Shown: one piece after another, positions 1 through 13,624 of the stretch
How positions within the stretch are numbered: position 1 is the stretch's first letter
Layout: each line of letters starts with the position of its first letter
Assembly (NCBI GenBank): GCA_973895155.1
Contig: OZ316898.1
Location: 9,685,761 to 9,749,760, forward strand
Source: Marsupella aquatica
Lineage: Eukaryota > Plantae > Marchantiophyta
Direction of reading: 5' to 3'
Length of the DNA: 64,000 nucleotides
Notes under the pieces: model-generated
Told to the model about the DNA's origin: nothing
Seen by the model: only the letters and a program-made list of their open reading frames with translations
The model's database searches: none
Made by a program: the position numbers and the translations under genes

Positions 1-306
1 GCGGGAGGGCAGTCTGCACAATGGGAGGGTGCCCAACAAATGGGACAACTCCATCCTGCCCCTGTTCGTAAGGAAGTGCCTAAGCTTGCACCAGTGATGG
101 CACATCGGGTGCATGCTGAGCCACTGGCGGGGTTAATTTTTACTAAAGAGGCCATTTTGACATCGTGCCACGAAGGGCATGTAAAGATTTGGGAGAGGCC
201 AGGACCGCAAGGGGATAGCCCTGCTAGCAATTCAGATAATTCTGTTGCAATCTCTAAAGAGAAGCAGCAGCCGGTCAAGAGTGGTCTTTCACAATTTAAA
301 CAATGA
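1..306 (+). CDS. 3' end (last coding exon, 5'-partial) of a WDR20/DMWD/CreC-like WD40-repeat protein
   Basis: Frame 1 is open from base 1 to TGA at 304-306. ...GQLHPAPVRKEVPKLAPVMAHRVHAEPLAGLIFTKEAILTSCHEGHVKIWERPG matches the recalled C-terminal WD repeat of plant CreC/WDR20-like proteins (PAP..+VPK+.P++AHRVH.EPL.GLIFT.E.+LT.C.EGH+KIW.RPG). Confidence 0.85.
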   Translation, partial: AGGQSAQWEGAQQMGQLHPAPVRKEVPKLAPVMAHRVHAEPLAGLIFTKEAILTSCHEGHVKIWERPGPQGDSPASNSDNSVAISKEKQQPVKSGLSQFKQ

Positions 307-1759
307 TGGTTGCTTTGCTTGAGAGGCGGTTTTCTCAGAATCTCCTCTCCTTTCCTCTGTAGCATATTGCTGGACTGGAAGTGGGTAAACTTGCACCATG
401 AGTGGGAAGGTTTGTCTCCATTCTTCGTCTCTGAAGCTGGAATCTCGTCGTTAAGTAGACATCATAACACGGTCTAAATGAGGAGTAAAAAAAGCGGCAC
501 GTCACTATTCTTCTAATTTTGTTAATTGCCTCGACGTAGATCATATCCTGAACACAGGTTCCATTGCTTACTGCGGTGTCTTTACTGCAGCTCATGTAAT
601 CAAAAGGTAACATGGCACGTTTGTCATCAGTATACTCTGTTCTGAGATGTTGGGCCTGTTGATGGTTGTTGTCGGACAAGGCTGCCAGTAGGTAAAATTT
701 TGTAGGTAAGCCTTTCAGCTGCTATTCCAGGTATTTCATTCTGTCGTTCCTTTGAGTGAAAAGTCTTCAGGATTATGTGTTCCAGCTTTTAACAATCAGA
801 TTAGTATGGAGCAAATAGAATTGAGATTTTTTATGGCAAGGGTTCACTTGCGAGATATATTCGCTGTTGGCCTCATGATACTGCTTTGATCAAGGACAGC
901 ATTGTAATAATCACGAATGATTGCGAGTATCTGTGTGAAGTTCTTCATTTTCGTTTTTCATAGTCTCTGCGAGTATACGTGTCAAGTTGTTGATTTTTGC
1001 TTTCCATGGTCTCTGGCTTCAAACTCGGTTCTCTGATTGGTTTTGCTGTCAACCAAGCGATGGAACTGACTTTCTCTTCAGGGTTCTGCAGCATAAAGTA
1101 CACAATACAACCTCAAATTTGTATTCGAAGGACAGTGTAAAGTCGGCTTTAGGATACTACAGCATTCTAAAAATTTGCTATGTGCTATTGGATAAATAGA
1201 CAAAGCAGGGATCTGTCTGTTTATCCAATACATATTTTCTGTTTAATTCTCAAGGCAGAGTTCCTGACCTCAACGGTCACAAAGCCCTTGGCTCTCCACA
1301 TTAGATACCACTCTCCACATGGGATGCCAGCAGGCCTGTCTGAGGAGGGCCTTTAAGGCATGAAAATCTCAATTCAGAGGGCCTTAAGGCATGAAAATCT
1401 CACTGAACTGATAGCATGACATCAGTTATCTTGAGGGCAGCAAAGCAAGGGGTCAATCAAATGTGAGTTGGCTCTAAGTAAACCCAGCTTGACCCATGAG
1501 GAAGTGATGCATCACTGAATGCACCCAAGTTGGTCAGCATGAGTTACTCCTTACCCCATTGGAGATGGTTGTACTACATTCCACACGCTTTGAATAAATT
1601 GTTATGAGCATGGGTTGAATATTTATATGCAACGACCTGTATATAGGTATCATAAAGTTCTGTACAATTTCGCTCATAAATGTGAATAGTTAAATAGGTC
1701 AAACCTAGCATAACTGTGAGGAGACTAAAATTATGTACAGAATTTTACATCTTTGACAA

Positions 1760-2900
1760 TCATGCCTTCCCACCAAAACCCCTACGCGTCTGCAAAATTT
1801 AGGCAACCTTGGTAGAGTTGCATCATGAACTTCTCTCAAGTTGTATTCATAAACCTGAGTACCACACTCAAATCCATACCAGAGTCTTGTGACGAGTGAA
1901 ATGGTTTCTTTGGAATTCCTCATTTCGTGTGATCGATGTCTAGACACCAAATTTCCGTGCCCTTGCAAAATTTAAGCAGCCATGTGTTAGTGATGCAACC
2001 TTCTTTACAGTGCTGTTCACGAACCCTTATTCTGCTTAGAAGGCCATCACCACTACTCCAGATTCTTATGAGAAGAGTTAACCCATTTACTCGATTTCTG
2101 ATTTTGGTATCAGCACTTATTGACAAGAAAATACAGTAGCTGACACTCCTCCAAAATTTAGGCAACACGTTCATCGAAATTTTCTTTATAATGCTCTTCA
2201 TGAACCTGAGTAAAGTGTTCTACTTAGAACGCAATCCTCATCATACCGGACTCTTGTGAGAAGGGTTATCCCATTTATTTATTTCTACTCTGGTGTCAGC
2301 ACGTATTGACGAGAAACCCCTGATGCTGTTCAGGAATTTCAGCAATGTCGAGATTTATCGTAAGAAGCTTTAGAATGCTGGTCGTGAACGTGAGTAGAGT
2401 GTTATACTTAGAAGACCATCCTCGCTATACCGGATTCTTGTGAAAAGGGTTATCCATCTGCTGTATTTATCATTTGGCATCACCACGAAGTCACAAGAAA
2501 CCCCTGATGCTCATCGCGAATTTCAGCAATGTAGAGATTTATCGTACGCTTCTTTAGAATGCCAGTAGCGAAATTGAGTACAGTGTTTTACCTAGAAGGC
2601 CATCCTCGCTATACCGGATTTTTGTGAGAAGGGTTTCCCATGTACTGTACTTCTCATTTGGCATCACCACGAAGTCACAAGAAACCCCTGATGCTCATCG
2701 CGAATTTCAGCAATGTAGAGATTTATCGTAAGCTTCTTTAGAATGCTGGTAGCGAAATTGAGTACAGTGTTTTACCTAGAAGGACATCCTCGCTATACCG
2801 GATTCTTGTGAGAAGGGTTATCCCATCTATTGTATTTCTCATTTGGCATCACCACAAATTGACAAGAAACCCCTGATGCCCTTCCAGAAATTAGGCATTC
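1760..2900. repeat. Tandem array of ~184-bp units (about 6 copies, more degenerate toward the 5' side)
   Basis: GAAACCCCTGATGC recurs at ~2313, ~2497, ~2681 and ~2866 with near-identical intervening sequence. Diverged units (CAAAATTTAGGCAAC-like) lie near 1790, 1965 and 2150. Confidence 0.9.
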
Positions 2901-4719
2901 ATCGAAAGAAGCATCCCAAAGTGATGCGCAACGAGATAGAGACACAGACGGAACCATCGTACAGGGGAAGTTGTGATTATCCTCACTTGGTACGGAACTT
3001 ACCTAGTGGAGGATGGGGGTCAGATAAACACGAGAGCAGCTGAACGGCAGGAGGCAGGTGGCAGCAAGCATGTGCATGAGATCGTCCCCGCATTATAGTG
3101 CTCCTGCTGCCGCTCATGAACCTGATTACTCTAACCTGGTCATCACGCCTTCTTAGCATTGAGCTCTATCCTGCTCAGAGTTGTCATGTGGGCCTTGTGG
3201 TGACTGCTTTTTCAAAGTTCGTGCCTATGTTCCACTCCCGACTGAAGGCCATGCGCAATTCAGGTGAACAGTATTCGCGCTCTCGTGCAGCTCCAAAGTT
3301 TGAATATTGGTCTAGATTCCATTCTCTCGCCTTTACAGATATGGAAAGGGAACACTTTAGAACCACATAGAAGCCACGAGGTGTGTAGCCTTGGAATGAT
3401 ATCTCACTCTTGGTATTCTAGGTGGAGCTTACCGGCATCACCCTTTAGCACATACTTTGGCATGATTCGTAAATATCCTTTGCCAAAGTTTCCCCGGCCC
3501 ACATCCTGTCGGGCTCCAGCTTACTTTCGTTTCAAGGGACCCTTTACAGTTTAGACAAGAGAGTGGACGAACACGAATGAGTGGGCCAACACAAATAATG
3601 CCCACTTTTGAGGGGGACCAACTTTTACATTGTAGTGGTCTGCCTTCGACCCCTCTCTTTGGAGTCCGCTCTCCCTCCCAGTGTACCTTTTGAATTCCGT
3701 GTGGGACGAAAATGCTTGCGAGCTTGTGGAGGTAACGCTAAGAGACGCGCACAATTTTTACTTTATGTGCTGGAGGTTGTACCCGTTGTATACCACAGCC
3801 ATGTGTGAAGCAATGATTGTTGGATCGTCCTTTTGGACTTATTTATATGTTAGGCACTCTACTGACAGTGAAACTCCCAAATCCTTTCTCGCATAGACCA
3901 TAGGGTTGCAAATTCCCGGGACAGCTTGCCGCCTTTTGTGCTGACCACTGCGACCAATTTCACACTGTACCATTTGCGGATGATTGTGTGCATGCATTGC
4001 AGTTTTTCGCTTTGGTTCTTTTTACTTCTCTCTGTGTGCACAATCATCCAACTCGTGCATCGCAAGCAAATTGTCCATATCTACAATAATTACAGTTGGA
4101 GGCAGCCCACATTTACTTGCCTTGACCCATTTGGGTGCAGAAATGCATCATTCTTCTTCGCTGCGCATAACTAGATCACATGCATGCTTAGCGCATACCC
4201 AGATTAGGCTTTGGTGTCTCTTGCAATGGCAGGGATCTTTGTCATGTTGAGTGGGCCAAGGTTAATGCATAACTTGAGTGCCCTCCAGTGGATGAATTAC
4301 TGTGCACAGGTAGGAGCATGCACCTACTAGATGGTTGTGTTGGTTGCAACGACAAATTGTGCTTGTGAGCTCAACAACTTCTCCATGAATGAGCAGCGAA
4401 CATCCAGCAGCTCTAAACGAACAAAGGACCCAACTAACGACACCACAAGCTATGGTTGCTGAATGGATTTGGGAGCGAAATGACACCCTCTAAAAACAGA
4501 AGCAGAAGCACTGGACACCAAATTAAACTTTTCTGACTGACCTGACTGATCATTTAAAGAAGGGAGCATGTGGGGAAAGGTTGGATCACCTGAAAAATCA
4601 TCGTCTTCATGTTATACAACTGAAAGAGAAAGGAACAAAATAGAGTGCCACCAAGGCCTCTGTTTGATGCCCAGGGGCTTGGGCATATCCAGATCATCAT
4701 CTTGGTGCATTCGAGTCTG

Positions 4720-4956
4720 GGCAAAGTAAGGTGAAGTCTAGACAACAATTCTGCAGACTTGCTTGTCGATTCTAGGCAAAGGAAAGTGAAGTCTAGGCAA
4801 CAATTCTTCAGTAGGAAGACTTGCGTGTCGATTCTAGGCAAAGGAAAGTGAAAATCTAGGCAACAATTCTGCAGTAGGAAGACTTGCTTGTCGATTCTAG
4901 GCAAAAGGAAAGTGAAGTCTAAGCAACAATTCTGCAGTAGGAAGACTTGCTTGTCA
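4720..4956. repeat. Tandem repeat, ~60-bp unit, about 4 copies
   Basis: AAAGTGAAGTCTAGGCAACAATTCTGCAGTAGGAAGACTTGCTTGTCGATTCTAGGCAAAGG repeats with small indels. Confidence 0.9.
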
Positions 4957-7129
4957 GAGGTAAAGGCGTGAACTCTCAAGTTCAAGAAATAAGTTAAGAC
5001 TGTATCAGCTAACATTGGCCTCATCACTCCAGGCCCCATCACTACGTTAGCGAGTAAATGCAAGATTGCCAATGTTGCACTTATCTTGGGAACTCTGCAG
5101 ATCTCATCCTCTCCAAATTTTATATTTATTTTTTCTTCTCTCCAGAAGTTAGAAGCTTTCGAGGATTCGTTATTCTGTCGCTTCTCGCTTTAGATTTTAG
5201 ATCCAATGGAGCACAATCATTGCCACTTCTATGAAAGGAAAGGGTTATATTTGGGTTTCACATATACCAATATCTCAATGTCAGAGGGGGCTCAATGCAG
5301 CTACTCCAGATTGTTCGGATTGGTGATCTAGATCTTATTCTACACTAGCCTGACTGCCCCCTTTCTGAATCTAATAGAGGCCAGTACAAAAACGACCTTG
5401 CCGAGAATTAGATTCCTTAGCGTTAACCCTTCAAGTTTAAATGTTTTCATTTGACTTGCCCCCATCCTTTCCTCTGGCACTTTGATATATATGTGACTTT
5501 AATTATCAAAAGAAAAAACTTTAAGACGATGTGGTACTAGGCATTGGACCCTATTCAGACCAATCCTTTAGGAGTTCATGCCCTTGGGGAAGTGATCATT
5601 GCAAAACCTATTGGTGAGAAAATGTTACAATTGTTGCCCATGTACCAGGCCATGCTGCAGGCAAGGTAGCTCAGATCAAAGAGTGGGCATATGTTACTTG
5701 TTACCCCAGGGATTGGTAACTTTTGGAGGTCTGTGGGGCACTTCACCTATATCTTACTTATAAAGTCCACAGGGAAGCTAGAGTTGGGGTCTAGGCTTCT
5801 AGAGTGAAGCCTCTAGATAATGACTCTAGGGCCCCATCAAAAATGTATGTGCATGGAGAGAATAGTAGGGCCCCACCAAAATTCATGTGCATGGAAAAAA
5901 TGATGTGTATAAAGAGAATGATGTATGTTAAAATGATGACATGTACCATGGTTTCTATCATCAAAGCTCACAATGACTCCATAGTGACTCTTAGTAAACA
6001 CAAAATTGAAAGTATGGTGGACAAAAAGATGGGGCAAAAATGAAAGGGAAACAGAATAGAATTATGTTGTTAGCAAAGTTTTTGGGGTTTTCATCTATCT
6101 AAGGGGGCAGGAATCAAAATCTACGGTGAGAGTGAAAAGGACTGGGTGGGGTGAGTTTTTGGAGGTTTTATGATGCAGCTAAACTATGGCTCATGTGTGC
6201 AGCAACATAACTTATAATACAAGGAAAATCCTAATTTCTTTTCTTACAAATTATCAAAAGAAGAAATGGACATAACAACAGTACGAGCCAGAGGAAATGA
6301 GAATAGAGGCACAAAGAAACTATAAGTGTTTGGTGCATTGCACTGCAATTTGGTTTAATTTTCAGCTGTTTCCATTTCCTGACCCTTGCTCCACTAAGTT
6401 TTAACCATGAAACTTTGTATCCTGGACCTTCCTCTTGATGGAGAAATCTCTCAAGTGGAGTTTCCTTTTCTATTTTGATACATTATGCTTCTTACACTCT
6501 AGAATATATTTTGTTGACACTTTATTGTCCTCACCCCGGTCCTCACCTCTATTCACGTTTGAGAACGGGTAGTGGGGCTAGTTTGACCTATTCTTTTGGG
6601 CTTCTGTAGTTTATTCTGCAAGGCAGAGCGCCAGTTCTGGTCCTCATTGGCTACTTTGAGTAGAGGGTGTCAATTGAAATACAAAGGGCTCAAGCATTCA
6701 CTAGTTTTTGGGGGCCTAGGCAGTTGGTTGTAGGGCCTCTGGTCAAATTCCTTGTCTTCACCTTCTATGCAATTCACTCCCACCGAGACTCCCACACTCT
6801 AACAAACTCATTAGTTTGTTGCTCAAGAGGGCTTTAGTTTGTTTGTTGTTGTTGGGGATTTTGGGGCATTTGGCTCTGTGGTCTTCCAAGGTTTCTCCCT
6901 TGTTTTTCCCCCTTTATTTGGTCTCTTGCCTTTGGGATTGTGTCTCCCAGTATGGCAATATTTATTCTTTAGCAGTGTTATATGTATTAAACATAGATAT
7001 ACATCTGATCAAATGTGTTTGGTCTCTTTAGTTGAGCGCCCTTACGCAAGATGGATTTTGGATGAGTTCCTTGGAAACTCATTTCTTGTTGCCTATTGGG
7101 TCCCCCCATTCAGTCTTGTTTGCTAAACC

Positions 7130-7420
7130 TTGTTGTCCATCACTTATAGAAGGTGAAGGCAAGAAGATGTTTTCTTCATATTTTTAGTGCTACCTACTGC
7201 ATGTGTGAGGATTTAAATAAGGGCAGAGTTTGCTTGATACCGGTCATCGATCCCAGCAAGTGTAGCCAAACAGTAGCAGTCTATTGCAGTAAGTGTGGTT
7301 CCAAGTTGAAGCTTCATCAGTAGACTAGCGTTTGCACAAACCTCGATTTCAAAGTGGGGTTCAGCAAAACTATTTGCACACAAAAGACTTGACACTTGGA
7401 AATTTGGAGGTCCCTCCCTT
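7130..7420 (-). repeat. Dispersed repeat fragment, homologous in inverted orientation to 48820-49105
   Basis: The minus strand reads TTTCCAAGTGTCAAGTCTTTTGTG...TGAACCCCACTTTG...TAGTCTACTGATGA...AACTTGGAACCACACTTACTGCAAT...TGCCTTCACCT, collinear with the plus strand at 48.8-49.1 kb. Confidence 0.75.
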
Positions 7421-7843
7421 ATCACCTAAATGGAAACAAGCAAGCAGCATCTACTAGTGAGACCCAACGGGTTGTATAAATGAGTTTCCTTTGAACAATC
7501 ACCTGAATCAAGAAAGGTTAATTTTACCTTTCACCAAGAAAAGCACGGCAACTACCCTGGGCTACATGGTCCATCATGATTCATTCAGTGCCCTTTAGCG
7601 AAAGGATAGTCCACCCATAGTTTGGAGAAGCTGTGTCCTCTGAATTTTGAGATTGATACACTACACGGGCGGAGGGACTCTGGTCAAAATCTAGAAAGAT
7701 TAGTGTCTCCACACCGAATCCTTTAGACAACCACATGGATGGGCAATCTGGTTATTTAACTTAAACAAACCTGCCTGTTAAGTTTGACAATGGATTGATC
7801 TTATCTGTAATGCTACATAAACACAAGTATGAACCATTTGAAC

Positions 7844-7945
7844 GGGGTCTGGTTGTCAGCTCAAGTAGCTAGTGAGGGTGACTTGTGACCAGCAGGTCTC
7901 AAGTTCAATCCCTGAGTAAGTGTTTTACTCCAGTTTAGCTTAGAG
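7844..7945 (+). mobile_element. tRNA-derived SINE-like head (degenerate)
   Basis: A-box-like CAGCTCAAGTAG, anticodon-like ACTTGTGACC, then GGTC and a T-arm/B-box AGTTCAATCCCTG. There is no proper acceptor stem. Related copies lie at 46452-46650. Confidence 0.5.
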
Positions 7946-10140
7946 CTCGAAACCATCTCGTGCACATTTAATGGCGTCTGCCTTAAGCACTTATGGGAGT
8001 TGTAGGAATTTACATGAAAAATGCAAAGATATAAAATGGGGTTTTCTCCACCTGCAAGCCAGTCGCACAGCTTGCTATGGGGGTGTGCATTTTCCCTTTA
8101 ATTAAAAAACTTAACACTAATATGACTTTCCTGAGTTGACAGACTATCGACTCCCATCGTGATCGATCCCACGCTCGTCTTGTACCTTTGCAAATATGTT
8201 ATTTTTCTTATTTGTAGTGAAAGCCTCACACCCTTTGGAATAAAGATCTTCTATACCATAAATTAAAGAGAACAGAGAAGATAGGATCTTATGCCCATCT
8301 TGGTAGACTAGGGGTGGCAGTCACCTGCACCAATACACTAAAAGGTGTTTGCATGGCAGGCGAAGAGGTGCAATATATTGTCATAAATTGGTCCATGGCT
8401 TGGGTCCCAAACTCCTGCCCCACACATGGGCTGCTGTGCGAGTGGAATGTACCTGTGTGCCCGATTGAAAAAGGAAGAAGAAGAAAGTAGTAGCTCACAT
8501 GGCATAATGGAAGCAAGGTGACCAAATTTTGAAAAGAAGAGGCATATTAGAACATGGTGACGACATTTTGGAAAGCAAAGGCATATTGTACACCCTTTCA
8601 AATTTGGCGTATTACAGACCAAAAAGTGACAATGGCAGGCTTTGATTATTCCTCCAAAGTGTGAGAGTGGAGCACTTCCTTGTATTTACAAAAAGTGCCA
8701 ACCACAGTACAATGTGGCAAAATCAAGAGAGGTCCAAAGCGGACAAATGCCAAACTCAAAATAATGGGCAATGCAAACCTAAGAACCTAGAAAGGTGAAA
8801 AAGAAAAAATGGGAAAAGATTTACCACTGTGTCCGTGGGGAATCACTCCCAGTAAAAAAACCAATGGTCCACATTTAGTGCAATAGTGTGTTGAGCTTCA
8901 GATGTTGTCCTTTAGATGACATAAACCAAGCGGTCCTCAAATAGAAAAGTTATTTTTTAATAAGAATTTTGCCTAGACTTAAGTGTATGGATAAACTTAG
9001 GTGTAGATTAGCTTGCTGTGGTAATTCTGGGGTTTGGTTTTTGTGTTCACAGCCCAGCTTCTGTAGTCTGATCCTACATGGATTCCCTAACCCCTTTTTC
9101 AGGATGAAAACCATTTTGTGCTGTAACTTTTGTTTGGCACCAGTTCATAAGCAGGCTATGTGAGTTCTTGAGTTTCGGCTTGTCTCCCACTGAGCGAAAC
9201 AGTAGATGTTGCTTCTATAGTCCGATACTAGATGGAACTACTAGCTAAACAAAATCATTCTAAACAGGGTGCATGTGTAGGCCTGGACTTTGTGCTCTAG
9301 TGTGAGTTCTCTCTGTCTTACTCAATGGGCTGAAAAGTGTGGTACCATAGTAGTAATTGGGTTTGTGCAAAAATGATTCAATTGAAAAAATTACTACCCA
9401 GCCCAGAAATATGAAATTAACAATTGGGCTGGAAAAAGATGTGGGCCAGTGGGGGAAATGGGGAGTCAATTAGGGTTTGACACAGCCATTGAACACAGTT
9501 TGGCTACATGTCAGCAACATACTGCACAAAGTAGACTAAGGAAAAAATTGGCAAATTGGCTGGGAAATTTTTTAAGGCCACCTGTGAGAGTCTGGAAGCA
9601 ATTTTAAATAAATTTTTTGCAATCAAATATTGCAAACCAAGTTAAGACTACTGTACAAAGGGTCCCAGAAAGGGCAAACATGTCATGCTGCCCAGGGCCA
9701 CAAAAGGATCTCTCCCCTGGCCCAAGTCTTGCGGTCTAGCTGAGAGAATGTAACAAGTGTCCAGTCTTTACTTGTGAATCAACTTTGATGAAAATAGTCT
9801 TGTTTTACACCAAAGCATGGCTCAAAGTAAAGTTTGCACCATTAGTCTCAGATGTTCAGGTGATTGTGACCTCTATTGGAATACTTTCTAAGGCCTCTAT
9901 GTGCCTTGAATTTAGAGCAATGAGTTCAGTCAGGGTGGAGAAGTGTGTAAGTCAATGTAACTCTTGTGATTTAAGGTAGTGCTTCATTTGAATGATCTTC
10001 TTCCGTGGATTCCAGCCCAATTAAGTACTTGTGGGTATACACACTCACTATTCCCGGTCATTGTTATTCACAAGCAGAGTCTAAATATCAAGATTGTTCA
10101 CAAGCATAGTCTAAATTTCAAAATTTGTTAGTAGACAAAA

Positions 10141-10291
10141 GATTTGCTTGATCAGACCCCAAAATGAAACCTATTATTTGGTATGATCCCTAAGTGATCC
10201 ATACTGTTGATTGACCTTGAATCAATGTACCCAAAACTTCAGGGGTCCTATCAAGTAAAGCAATTCCTTTTGGGGTCTTATCAAGCAAATC
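10141..10291. mobile_element. MITE-like fold-back element
   Basis: GATTTGCTTGATCAGACCCCAAAA (10141-10164) and TTTTGGGGTCTTATCAAGCAAATC (10268-10291) form a 24-bp inverted repeat with 1 mismatch, with weaker inverted similarity further inside. No TSD was resolved. Confidence 0.6.
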
Positions 10292-13261
10292 ACTCCAAAT
10301 TATGACTTATGATTTCGCATAAATACCTGGTAATGGCAGCAGACAAATTATGGCTTATGATTTTGCATTAAATACCTGGTCATGGCAGTAGAATTTGGTG
10401 GCAAATATAGCATTGATGATTATTTTGCTGTGACCAGTTTTTCACTGCTATTCCAGTTTACAGGGTGGGTTAGCGTAATTTGAAAAAGATTTGTTTATGA
10501 GATTTTCCCAAGGTACCTCCAATTCTGCACCCACTGCGGCAGTAATGTCAAGTTGCAATGTGTCAAGTTTATTTTAAATGTATGCTTTAAGGCCTTAGAA
10601 AAGTATTTGACTTTCCAGATTTGGCTCGACCAAATAGAAGTCAATGCATGTCAGGGACTATTCTGCATCCAATGAGATCTGAAAATTTGTGATTGATTCG
10701 AATGATCTTTTATATATGTTTATTTAGTACTTCTTCTTTTCTACAGTAGTATGTTGCCAATTTTTGAAGTGAATGCACATTTCAGATTCTGTCTTATTCA
10801 GATTTTTGTGTCATGTATTTTCATTTCAATCTGCCTTATCAAGGGGCAGCCTTTGTATTCTATACATTTTTAATTAATTTTTAGATCCCTTTAGTTTTAG
10901 GTATTCTAGAGTGTTTTGAACTTATTTTGGCAGCCCCCTTTCACAGTATGGGTTTTCTTAGAGATGAAACCAAAGGCTCCACCACCACGAGTGAGAGAAA
11001 TGATGCTGAAGAACATGAATGCATAGCCTCTTAAGTTCTTCTAATGTTTTTCTTTCCTAGGTTTATGGTTTTTATTGAAAGGAGTGTCATTCATAAGGCA
11101 CCCTGAGTTAAGTGCACACATTGTAGCATCTTTTGACTGTACCTTTTCTTGGTCACTGTGCTTTTCTTGGCAAACACTTTACTTATATAACAGCACTTCT
11201 ATGCTCTCATAATTTATTTACTTTCAGATCACTACAAGACAAAAAATAAAGCATGTTCCAAGATGAGCATGCTATATGCTCGCGAGGGCTTTAATTCTTT
11301 TGTCTTGTAGGGACTCCTTGGGCTTTGGCTCTTTAGTAGTTGGGGATTTTCTTTGATGATTGTCATTAAAGATGTTCGTACTTATAGCAGTGTCACTATT
11401 GCACTGTTTTCTTATATCGGGGTTTCACTGTTGAAGTTGGTGAACCAGTTATACATATACTGAACCACGTTATATTTGTAAAAATACACAAATAACCGCT
11501 ACATTTGTAAATACAAAAAGCACAATAGCAATATTGTTGATGAAAACATCGTTAGTGCCAACGTATTTAAAAGTTGTTTCTTTATTTTGTCATTTTGTTG
11601 GGTCTTGCATTAGTATATTATTTCCCTTTGCACTTTTTGTTCTTTTGCACTGTGATATGTATGGCACTACACTACCACCACCACAGTCTGACAGGCAACT
11701 ACTTCCACATCTTCACTAAGTGATGAAGATCAATGGAGAAAGGACCAAAATTCATTAACAAGGAACAAACAAATTGCAATAAATAGAAACCACACACTAA
11801 ACAAGAGGCAATATGCAACCCCAAAAACCAGGAAGAAGAAGGGAAAAAGTGAAAAAACTGTGGCTTTACTAATTTGATGAAAAATCGTTCAGAGCTAAAG
11901 CAAGTGTGTCAAGAGCTAATGGTGTACATCTAGTGTCTTAACTAAATCTGCAATTGGGACAGGGATGTCCTCAAAGGGGCCAAGCCTCCGAGGAGGCACA
12001 CTAGCACACACGGTGAGAGATTAATGGTAATTCTCTCAAGCTTAAGCACATTGTAATATCATTGAATTCCGCTTCCAAAAGTGTGTGGTCAAAACACATA
12101 GCAGGCGTCCAATGGGACCCATCTGTTTGAGAGTATCGCAAGTTGCATGTCCAAGAAGCCCATCAAATTGATGATGGAGTTGCCCAAACATCTCAAGACC
12201 AAGGGGGATGAACTGCATGCAACACATTTTGCCTCTTTTGTAATTGCCGCTTGTGTTGTTGCTGTCCTACCATTGTTGTTGTTGCCGTTGTGCCAATGAT
12301 GTCGTGGTGCAGAGGGTTGACCACCACAACATCAGTCAAGGTACATCACTCATCACGGGCCATGTGGGGGGCCATGGTAAGATCAATCCATAATCATCAT
12401 GATGGAGGACCAGGACAATCCAGGCAATCAAGCACCACTGCTTACCACACCTGTACCAAAGTCTTGGAGACAACCTGTGCAGTAGCATTATGAACAAGTA
12501 AGGTCTTGCTGCCCAAACTGCACCAAAGAAGATGGACCCCTGTGCAGGCTTCCCGTAGGTGTAGGAAGTAGGTAAGCGTACAAGAAGTGGGTTATGTAAG
12601 ACAACGACGCATAGTTGTTGAGAACTCCTCTAAAGACATCCACAATGAGGAATGAGTTGGCCTGAAGCCACCCCTTGCACCCTTCCCTTTGGAAGAAAGA
12701 ATTCAAGCTCGGTCTGTGTCAGTAGCCTCAACATGGATGCTAGAGAGGATAAAAGCATGGAAATGATCACCTAGGCCACTTTGAAGACAGACAGGATCCA
12801 AGGACAAGAACTCTTGAAATGAAGGTAGCGGAGCTTGAAATAGAATCTGGTAGTGAGGATCACACCTCTCACAAAAAGCCTCAAATGGTAAGGAGCCCTC
12901 CTCAACCTCTATAAGAGATGAAAGTAAACAATGTCAATCCTTGGTTGGGTCCTCACTATGGAATCAATCACCCAGAAATGAGTTCTAATGTTGTTGCCCA
13001 TGATGCTTGCCAAAAGGCTAAAGTTGCTATGCTCTGAAAGGAAGTAAGCCCTAAACCACCCCAAGAAAATACGAAGAATGAGTTGTAGATGATGCCACAG
13101 AGATGATCGAGACAAAGAACCACGAACTAAGAGGGAGACAAAAATGTCTCAAATGCATGTAGATGTAGACGGAGATTTTGGTAAGGGCATATGTCCTAAC
13201 TGTATAAGATGCTCTATGGCCAAGGCATCGCAACAAGATCCAAATGCGGTCTGAATATCAA

Positions 13262-13624
13262 CTAACTTAGGGAGCAAAGAGCTGGGGCTAATGTAGGATC
13301 AAACTGGACAGCATGACCTCTCAAAATAACCACTTATATAACACACAAATACACCAACACAAAGACACATGGTTCACCCCGTCCGGGCTACGTCCATGGC
13401 CACACCAAGAGCTTCACTATGAACACATATAAAGTACATATATCCCCATAGCTCAATAATCCAAGTTTTATCTCTCTCACACAAAATTCTCAACTAAGTG
13501 CTAGCTCTCTCCATGGGATACAAGGAGGGTTATCCCTTCATGAAGAGTCTAGTATGTCAACTAATGTTAAACCCAGTTAACTTAATCTAGTTAACCTAAC
13601 CAAGGTTGAGTCAAAACCCTAACA
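13262..13624 (-). mobile_element. Decayed LTR of an LTR retrotransposon, with possible degenerate PBS and internal remnant to its left
   Basis: The minus strand starts TGTTAGGG and carries the plant LTR motif CATGGACGTAGCCC...GAACCATGTGTCTTTGTGT. It is followed by TGATATTCAGACC, resembling a decayed tRNA-Met PBS (TGGTATCAGAGC). No intact ORF or partner LTR was found. Confidence 0.5.

Noticed and set aside
4554-5072. 172-aa minus-strand ORF
   Set aside because: Its length comes from the 60-bp tandem repeat (repeated KQVFLLQNCCLDF); no protein family signal.
12110-12160. Gypsy integrase motif (YSQTDG on the minus strand, resembling YHPQTDG)
   Set aside because: Too short, and the flanking frame does not support it.
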